From NCBI GenBank assembly GCA_000146045.2, contig BK006941.2:768001-832000 (forward strand): a stretch of DNA of 64,000 bases, read 5' to 3'. Below the pieces are notes generated by a model that was not told the origin of the DNA, made no database searches, and saw only the letters and a program-made list of their open reading frames with translations. This DNA comes from TPA_inf: Saccharomyces (Eukaryota). The position numbers and the translations under genes were made by a program. Positions 56,059-64,000 of this stretch are shown piece after piece; position 1 is the first letter of the stretch; the number at the start of each line of letters is the position of its first letter.

Positions 56059-58917
56059 ATGACAGACGAAACTGCTCACCCGACACAATCTGCTTCAAAG
56101 CAGGAATCTGCTGCTCTGAAACAGACAGGCGATGACCAGCAGGAATCTCAGCAACAACGTGGCTACACCAACTACAACAATGGTAGCAACTATACCCAAA
56201 AGAAGCCTTACAACAGCAACAGACCTCATCAGCAAAGAGGTGGTAAATTTGGACCAAACAGATATAACAACCGTGGCAACTATAATGGTGGCGGTAGTTT
56301 CAGAGGTGGACACATGGGAGCCAACAGCTCAAACGTGCCATGGACTGGTTACTATAATAACTACCCCGTTTACTACCAGCCCCAGCAAATGGCGGCCGCT
56401 GGTAGTGCCCCTGCTAATCCAATTCCTGTCGAAGAGAAGTCACCTGTTCCAACTAAGATAGAAATCACTACCAAGTCTGGTGAACACTTAGATTTGAAAG
56501 AACAGCATAAAGCCAAGCTACAGTCTCAGGAAAGATCTACTGTGTCTCCGCAACCAGAGTCAAAGTTAAAAGAAACTTCTGATTCTACTTCTACTTCTAC
56601 TCCAACTCCTACCCCTTCCACTAATGACTCTAAGGCCAGTTCTGAAGAAAATATATCTGAAGCTGAAAAGACAAGAAGAAATTTCATCGAGCAAGTTAAA
56701 CTTCGTAAAGCTGCTTTAGAAAAGAAGAGAAAGGAGCAACTTGAAGGTTCTAGTGGCAACAATAATATTCCAATGAAGACTACCCCAGAAAATGTGGAAG
56801 AGAAGGGATCGGACAAACCTGAGGTAACCGAAAAAACCAAGCCTGCTGAAGAAAAATCTGCTGAGCCAGAAGTTAAGCAAGAAACTCCAGCTGAAGAAGG
56901 TGAACAAGGAGAAAAGGGCCAAATAAAGGAAGAATCCACTCCAAAGGTGTTAACCTTTGCTGAACGTTTGAAGTTGAAGAAACAACAAAAAGAACGAGAA
57001 GAAAAAACGGAGGGGAAGGAAAACAAGGAAGTGCCAGTACAGGAAGAGACTAAGAGCGCCATCGAGTCTGCTCCTGTGCCTCCCAGTGAACAGGTTAAAG
57101 AAGAAACTGAGGTCGCCGAAACCGAACAGTCAAACATTGATGAATCTGCAACAACTCCGGCTATCCCTACTAAATCTGATGAAGCTGAAGCTGAAGTTGA
57201 GGCTGAAGCAGGTGATGCTGGAACAAAGATTGGACTTGAAGCTGAAATCGAAACTACAACTGATGAAACTGATGATGGTACAAACACCGTTTCTCACATA
57301 TTGAATGTATTGAAAGATGCTACACCAATTGAAGATGTCTTTTCTTTTAACTATCCAGAAGGTATTGAAGGTCCTGATATCAAATACAAGAAAGAACACG
57401 TCAAATATACATATGGCCCAACTTTCTTGCTTCAATTTAAGGACAAACTAAACGTCAAAGCGGACGCCGAATGGGTCCAAAGCACTGCTTCTAAAATTGT
57501 CATTCCACCAGGAATGGGCAGAGGAAATAGATCTAGAGATTCTGGCAGATTCGGCAATAATTCTAGTCGTGGCCATGACTTTAGAAATACCTCAGTGAGA
57601 AATATGGATGACAGAGCTAATTCAAGAACTTCATCAAAGAGAAGATCAAAGAGAATGAATGACGACAGGAGATCTAATAGATCTTATACATCAAGAAGAG
57701 ACCGCGAGAGAGGCTCCTACAGAAATGAAGAGAAAAGAGAGGACGATAAACCAAAGGAAGAAGTTGCTCCACTTGTTCCAAGTGCTAATAGGTGGGTGCC
57801 AAAATTCAAGTCTAAAAAGACTGAAAAGAAGCTAGCCCCTGACGGAAAGACCGAACTATTGGACAAGGATGAAGTTGAAAGAAAGATGAAGTCACTACTG
57901 AATAAACTTACTTTGGAAATGTTCGATGCTATTTCATCTGAAATTTTGGCTATTGCAAACATATCAGTATGGGAAACAAATGGTGAAACGTTAAAGGCTG
58001 TGATAGAACAGATTTTCTTAAAGGCCTGTGACGAACCCCATTGGTCTTCTATGTACGCGCAATTATGTGGTAAAGTAGTTAAAGAATTAAACCCAGATAT
58101 AACAGATGAAACTAATGAAGGTAAGACAGGTCCAAAATTGGTTTTGCATTACTTGGTTGCTAGATGTCATGCCGAATTTGACAAGGGTTGGACCGATAAA
58201 TTACCCACAAACGAAGATGGTACTCCATTAGAACCTGAGATGATGTCAGAAGAGTACTATGCAGCTGCTTCTGCTAAGAGAAGAGGTTTAGGTTTGGTTC
58301 GTTTCATCGGTTTCCTATACCGTCTGAATCTGTTGACTGGAAAGATGATGTTCGAATGTTTCCGTAGACTAATGAAGGATTTGACGGATTCTCCATCTGA
58401 AGAAACTCTAGAGTCCGTTGTTGAATTGTTAAATACTGTTGGTGAACAATTTGAGACCGATAGTTTCAGAACGGGTCAAGCAACATTGGAGGGTTCGCAA
58501 TTGCTCGATAGTTTGTTCGGTATTTTAGACAATATTATTCAAACTGCTAAGATTTCTAGTAGAATCAAGTTCAAGTTGATCGACATTAAAGAATTAAGGC
58601 ACGACAAGAACTGGAACAGTGATAAGAAGGACAACGGTCCTAAGACCATTCAACAGATTCATGAGGAAGAGGAGAGACAACGTCAATTGAAGAATAATTC
58701 AAGATCTAATTCAAGACGTACGAACAACTCCAGTAATAGACACTCTTTCAGAAGGGACGCTCCTCCTGCATCAAAAGATAGCTTTATCACAACCAGAACA
58801 TATTCTCAAAGAAATAGCCAAAGGGCTCCTCCTCCAAAGGAAGAACCAGCTGCACCAACTTCTACCGCAACAAATATGTTCAGTGCATTAATGGGAGAAA
58901 GTGATGACGAAGAGTAA
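56059..58917 (+). CDS. TIF4631: Translation initiation factor eIF4G1, 952 aa.
   Basis: eIF4E-binding motif Y(X)4LL 'KYTYGPTFLLQF'. MIF4G HEAT domain. RS/RG-rich boxes. N/G/Q-rich N-terminus. 952 aa matches YGR162W. Confidence 0.9.
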   Translation: MTDETAHPTQSASKQESAALKQTGDDQQESQQQRGYTNYNNGSNYTQKKPYNSNRPHQQRGGKFGPNRYNNRGNYNGGGSFRGGHMGANSSNVPWTGYYNNYPVYYQPQQMAAAGSAPANPIPVEEKSPVPTKIEITTKSGEHLDLKEQHKAKLQSQERSTVSPQPESKLKETSDSTSTSTPTPTPSTNDSKASSEENISEAEKTRRNFIEQVKLRKAALEKKRKEQLEGSSGNNNIPMKTTPENVEEKGSDKPEVTEKTKPAEEKSAEPEVKQETPAEEGEQGEKGQIKEESTPKVLTFAERLKLKKQQKEREEKTEGKENKEVPVQEETKSAIESAPVPPSEQVKEETEVAETEQSNIDESATTPAIPTKSDEAEAEVEAEAGDAGTKIGLEAEIETTTDETDDGTNTVSHILNVLKDATPIEDVFSFNYPEGIEGPDIKYKKEHVKYTYGPTFLLQFKDKLNVKADAEWVQSTASKIVIPPGMGRGNRSRDSGRFGNNSSRGHDFRNTSVRNMDDRANSRTSSKRRSKRMNDDRRSNRSYTSRRDRERGSYRNEEKREDDKPKEEVAPLVPSANRWVPKFKSKKTEKKLAPDGKTELLDKDEVERKMKSLLNKLTLEMFDAISSEILAIANISVWETNGETLKAVIEQIFLKACDEPHWSSMYAQLCGKVVKELNPDITDETNEGKTGPKLVLHYLVARCHAEFDKGWTDKLPTNEDGTPLEPEMMSEEYYAAASAKRRGLGLVRFIGFLYRLNLLTGKMMFECFRRLMKDLTDSPSEETLESVVELLNTVGEQFETDSFRTGQATLEGSQLLDSLFGILDNIIQTAKISSRIKFKLIDIKELRHDKNWNSDKKDNGPKTIQQIHEEEERQRQLKNNSRSNSRRTNNSSNRHSFRRDAPPASKDSFITTRTYSQRNSQRAPPPKEEPAAPTSTATNMFSALMGESDDEE

Positions 58918-59551
58918 CATGAATAGATCATGTTAAGTATCGAAAATGTCACTTGGATACAAGGATGTTGGTAGAAAGTCTAATAAAATAATAAATTAAT
59001 AGTACAACACAAATTTAATCTTACGTTTAATCCTGCGCTATTAATTGAAAATATATGCATGGAGAAGAAAAAAAAAGTGTCCCTAATTTACCATTGTTAT
59101 ATTTTCTCGATTAATGGGCTCATTTCTTTTCACTAAAAGCTATAAACAAGTTTGATGCATTTTAATGGGTAATCCTCTTACTGTGCTTTTTTTTCCTATC
59201 TTGTTCTATATGTCAATGCCTTTCTGTATTTTTATTTATAGCTTCGCCAGTCTTCGTTTACGATATGTTTTATATAATAGACCACTCAGCATATGTATAG
59301 TTTTGTATATTTATATCATTTATTAGCTGACGGCTTTAACTTCATATTTCGATTTAATCATGCTACTGCTTCACCATTTGTCCTTTTTTTTACAGAGGCC
59401 ACGAAAGGAAAGGACCGTTTCCGGACAACAGAAATAATAAAGATATCAGAGCTTAAACTAGTAAATTGGTAGGAAAAAAACTCCCAATAGAACCGATTAA
59501 CATCCACAGATTAACAAAACTCCAGGACAACGGTACTAATACACATACAAC

Positions 59552-60577
59552 ATGAGTTTAGAGGCTACAGATTCCAAGGCCATGGTTTTGTTGATGGGCG
59601 TAAGAAGATGTGGAAAATCATCCATTTGTAAAGTTGTTTTTCATAATATGCAGCCTTTAGATACATTATATCTAGAATCAACCTCAAATCCTTCTCTTGA
59701 GCATTTCTCTACTCTCATTGACCTGGCGGTGATGGAGCTTCCCGGGCAGCTAAATTACTTTGAACCGAGTTATGATTCTGAAAGATTATTCAAAAGCGTT
59801 GGGGCACTAGTTTATGTCATTGATTCTCAAGATGAATATATCAATGCGATCACAAATCTGGCGATGATTATTGAGTATGCCTATAAGGTTAATCCCTCCA
59901 TCAATATAGAGGTCTTGATTCACAAGGTTGATGGCCTAAGTGAAGATTTCAAAGTTGATGCTCAACGTGATATAATGCAACGGACAGGTGAAGAGTTGCT
60001 TGAACTGGGGCTGGATGGTGTTCAGGTTTCCTTCTATTTAACTTCAATTTTTGATCACTCAATATATGAGGCATTTTCGAGGATTGTGCAGAAACTGATA
60101 CCGGAGCTGTCTTTTCTGGAGAATATGCTAGATAATTTAATTCAACATTCAAAAATTGAGAAGGCCTTCTTATTTGATGTTAATTCCAAAATTTATGTTT
60201 CCACAGATTCTAACCCTGTTGATATACAAATGTATGAGGTATGCTCCGAGTTCATAGATGTGACGATTGATTTGTTTGATTTATATAAAGCGCCTGTTCT
60301 AAGAAATAGCCAAAAGAGCTCGGACAAAGATAATGTGATAAATCCTCGTAATGAGCTACAGAATGTATCACAATTAGCTAATGGCGTCATTATTTATTTG
60401 AGGCAGATGATTAGAGGCTTGGCATTGGTGGCGATTATAAGACCTAATGGTACAGACATGGAAAGCTGCTTAACGGTCGCAGATTACAATATTGACATTT
60501 TCAAGAAGGGGTTGGAAGATATTTGGGCAAACGCAAGAGCCAGTCAAGCTAAAAATAGTATTGAGGACGATGTGTGA
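59552..60577 (+). CDS. GTR2: Rag-family (RagC/D-like) GTPase of the EGO/GSE-TORC1 pathway, 341 aa.
   Basis: P-loop 'LLMGVRRCGKSS'. 341 aa. Rag-type longin/roadblock C-terminal half. Position YGR163W. Confidence 0.82.
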   Translation: MSLEATDSKAMVLLMGVRRCGKSSICKVVFHNMQPLDTLYLESTSNPSLEHFSTLIDLAVMELPGQLNYFEPSYDSERLFKSVGALVYVIDSQDEYINAITNLAMIIEYAYKVNPSINIEVLIHKVDGLSEDFKVDAQRDIMQRTGEELLELGLDGVQVSFYLTSIFDHSIYEAFSRIVQKLIPELSFLENMLDNLIQHSKIEKAFLFDVNSKIYVSTDSNPVDIQMYEVCSEFIDVTIDLFDLYKAPVLRNSQKSSDKDNVINPRNELQNVSQLANGVIIYLRQMIRGLALVAIIRPNGTDMESCLTVADYNIDIFKKGLEDIWANARASQAKNSIEDDV

Positions 60578-60722
60578 AAGACGTAAGGCATGAAAATATT
60601 AGGGTATATAGATACATATTGAAAATGATAGTAGAGCCAATGACCAAACCAAGAAAGCCTACAGTACAGAGGTGCCAAAGTTTTTTTACTAATGGGGCAA
60701 ATCATTTTTATTGCAAAAAAAG

Positions 60723-60794
60723 CACTCACGATGGGGGTCGAACCCATAATCTTCTGATTAGAAGTCAGACGCGTTGCCATTACGCCACGCGAGC
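60723..60794 (-). tRNA. tRNA-Arg (anticodon UCU).
   Basis: Minus strand GCTCGCGTGGCGTAATGGCAACGCGTCTGACTTCTAATCAGAAGATTATGGGTTCGACCCCCATCGTGAGTG. Anticodon loop CTTCTAA. Pol III terminator seen as A7 on the plus strand at 60714..60720. Confidence 0.85.
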
Positions 60795-61103
60795 TACTGT
60801 TTGTTGGAAGTTTTCAATTATTAATAAGTACATACCAACCTTAGCTAACATTACTATAACGACGCTGAGAAAGCTATACAAAAGATTTATCGATCGAGAA
60901 TCATTGTTTCTTATTTTTTTCAGGAAGGATGAACACATTGTTCAGAATATTATCAATTAATAATTTATCGTACGGACGGTACAACAGCAAAATAAAATAG
61001 AAGCCGAATAAAAAAAAATGAAAAGGAATTCTTTGAAAAGAAAGTACATGGCAAAAACTGTAAAGTTACAAAAAAGAGGAAAGCCACTCCATACTTTTAG
61101 TAA

Positions 61104-62153
<1,050 letters not shown>

Positions 62154-62514
62154 CCACTTTTTGTCTTATGAGTGCTTTCTTGTATATGCGTATATGTCGT
62201 CATATTTTCAGCCATTATTACTTGTACATAAAATATTCTACATAAATTTATATATCCCATGAAAGAGCCATGGTCACGTTGGGCACATTTCTTGAATACT
62301 CGTTTGCAAGGCTTATTTTTCTGTCTTTTCACATCTTTCTATTTTAGTGCGAGAAATGCAGGACCTATGAAAAATTGGTAACAAAAATAATTAAAAGTAA
62401 ATGCTATAAAATTGTGGGTAAATAAAAGTGGAACAAGAGCTGAGTTCACAACTCTACACTCTATATGGACAATATTCGAATTAAGCGCAATTGATAAATC
62501 ACAACTCATTGACC

Positions 62515-64000
62515 ATGGAATGTTTTGTACCGCTGCGTTGCGACTTAGATGGAAGTAATATAGAACAGTTACGTCAATCACACTTAAGCCGTAAATTTAT
62601 TATATTTGATGAGCAACTGAATCTTTGGCTGTGGTTTCAAGGTAATTCGCAAGAGAACAAGAGATTTGTACTACAGAATATGATAATATTAATAAATGAA
62701 GCGCAAGTTACCAGAACAAGCACTATCGATGATTATTTTACCCAAGTTGAGAACAATGAAAATCTATGGAGGTTGAAAAACGACTGCTGTTCGAAGATTC
62801 TTTTCAAATCAAATGTTGTTATGAATAATGGTTATAATAATCAGATCAAATTTGTCTTTGAATATAAATCTGTGGATGCAAATTTCAATAACCAGGATTC
62901 ATTACAAGATCCACAGGCAAAGTATACATTAGATAAGTACTCTAGCGAGGAGATTTTGCCAAGTTTTGAGCCAGTTTATTCCTGGTCTTCTGCAGCCACC
63001 AAATCATCCAAAAATACTAATAATCATCTGGAGAAAAATAACAGGGCGACTCATCGAGTTAGTTCTAAAAATAGCGAAGTCCACGAAGCGGACGTTTCTA
63101 GAAATCCGAATACATTTACTCTTAAGCTCCAATACCCAATATTCTCACTTTTGAATATGAGATTGAGAAACATCTCCTTGAAATCTGAGCATTGCATATT
63201 ATCATCGTTAGACTTTCAAACTTCTAAAGCATCCGAACAACTGACCAAAAAATTTATTTATCCGCAAGAACACAATTCTTTTCTCAAACTGAACTTTCAA
63301 GAAATATCGTATAAACTAATCGACGGAACCTCTCAAATTGAACTAGATCCAATCTGTCCTTTGAAAGTGCCACTCACTGCATTTTCATACGATAGCATTA
63401 GCGCTACTTTTAAACTGGTTCTGTTACCCAAATCAACTCAACCACATCGTGTGAAAATCACCTTAGCGTACGAACTCGAGCTGCATCCCAATCTGAAGTT
63501 ACCTGTGAGAACATCATGGGAAACAGAAGTCACATTGAAGCGTTCTATGCCAATTTCCTCGACATCTTCTCAATACTCGAGTAACAACAATAATACCAAT
63601 CATAGCGCTTCTTTTAATGGTGCGGCCAACAACGTTAATTCTGGTGGTTTGGCCAATCTAAGATTAGGTGGGGTTTCCTCCTCAAGATTTAGTCTTGGAG
63701 CTGCTTCGACTACATCATTGGTGAATAGCAAATTAAGCAATGTAAAATTCAAGTTTATTAATAGCAATATAAAAGTTATTAAGGGCGAAAAGTTTACTAT
63801 GAGGCTTCAGATCATTAACTCGTCATCATCCCCCCTGGATCTTGTTGTGTATTATAACAATACAATAAACCCAATCCCTTCAGCTAATAACGTACGTAAC
63901 AGCAATGGTATAAACAACTGTGGCATGAATAATGGGACTATCCCCAATTCGCCCTTGACACTGGAAAATCAGTACCAACTGCATAATAAATATAGAAAAA
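62515..64000 (+). CDS. TRS65: TRAPP II-associated subunit (Kre11/Trs65-like). The 5' 495 codons are open to the window edge. The ORF is not in the supplied track because it has no stop in the window.
   Basis: ATG at 62515. Every codon was read by hand through 64000 with no stop: 'MECFVPLRCDLDGSNIEQLRQSHLSRKFIIFDEQLNLWLWFQG...'. The gene name comes from YGR166W synteny only. Confidence 0.5.
   Translation, partial: MECFVPLRCDLDGSNIEQLRQSHLSRKFIIFDEQLNLWLWFQGNSQENKRFVLQNMIILINEAQVTRTSTIDDYFTQVENNENLWRLKNDCCSKILFKSNVVMNNGYNNQIKFVFEYKSVDANFNNQDSLQDPQAKYTLDKYSSEEILPSFEPVYSWSSAATKSSKNTNNHLEKNNRATHRVSSKNSEVHEADVSRNPNTFTLKLQYPIFSLLNMRLRNISLKSEHCILSSLDFQTSKASEQLTKKFIYPQEHNSFLKLNFQEISYKLIDGTSQIELDPICPLKVPLTAFSYDSISATFKLVLLPKSTQPHRVKITLAYELELHPNLKLPVRTSWETEVTLKRSMPISSTSSQYSSNNNNTNHSASFNGAANNVNSGGLANLRLGGVSSSRFSLGAASTTSLVNSKLSNVKFKFINSNIKVIKGEKFTMRLQIINSSSSPLDLVVYYNNTINPIPSANNVRNSNGINNCGMNNGTIPNSPLTLENQYQLHNKYRK

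Noticed and set aside
56526-57287. 253-aa minus-strand ORF inside TIF4631.
   Set aside because: Ser/Phe/Val low-complexity translation antisense to the Glu/Lys/Ala-rich region of eIF4G. It is a compositional artefact.
60574-60960. 128-aa plus-strand ORF (YGR164W-like) downstream of GTR2.
   Set aside because: It runs straight through the tRNA-Arg(UCU) gene on the opposite strand (60723..60794). The tRNA call is far better supported.

Overview
This window reads as a Saccharomyces cerevisiae nuclear chromosome segment, consistent with the chromosome VII right arm from about YGR140W to YGR166W. It is AT-rich and intron-poor, and it carries two dozen recognisable yeast genes, including THI4, RPL24, RSR1/BUD1, CYS4, CHO2, NSR1 and TIF4631 (eIF4G1). 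There are five tRNA genes, each with an upstream 'graveyard' of Ty delta LTR fragments. The accessory feature is a nested retrotransposon pair. A full-length Ty2 (plus strand, 43447..49392 with its last 18 bp at 55307..55324) has a full-length Ty1 (minus strand, 49393..55306) inserted into its 3' LTR. The Ty1 has a perfect 5-bp AAATC target-site duplication. The composite sits about 157 bp upstream of a tRNA-Val gene and is flanked by a TATAT duplication. Both elements keep open TYA/TYB frames and the CUU-AGG-C +1 frameshift heptamer. Secondary observations: PAC and RRPE ribosome-biogenesis promoter motifs lie upstream of ENP2, MTR3 and NSR1. A pair of CACGTG E-boxes lies in an atypically GC-rich ECL1/NAT2 intergenic island. 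An HSE-like GAA/TTC array lies upstream of BTN2. There is a (TA)14 microsatellite and an A19 tract around the NSR1 promoter. A 495-codon open frame (TRS65) runs off the right edge and is absent from the supplied ORF track. Gene names are assigned from recalled protein sequence and synteny, not from a database search, and the track's first 'M' is frequently a non-ATG codon (GTG/TTG), so several starts were moved to the first real ATG. No prokaryote-style novel system is present. Nothing here looks undescribed relative to the reference yeast genome, and the nested Ty is the most noteworthy structure.
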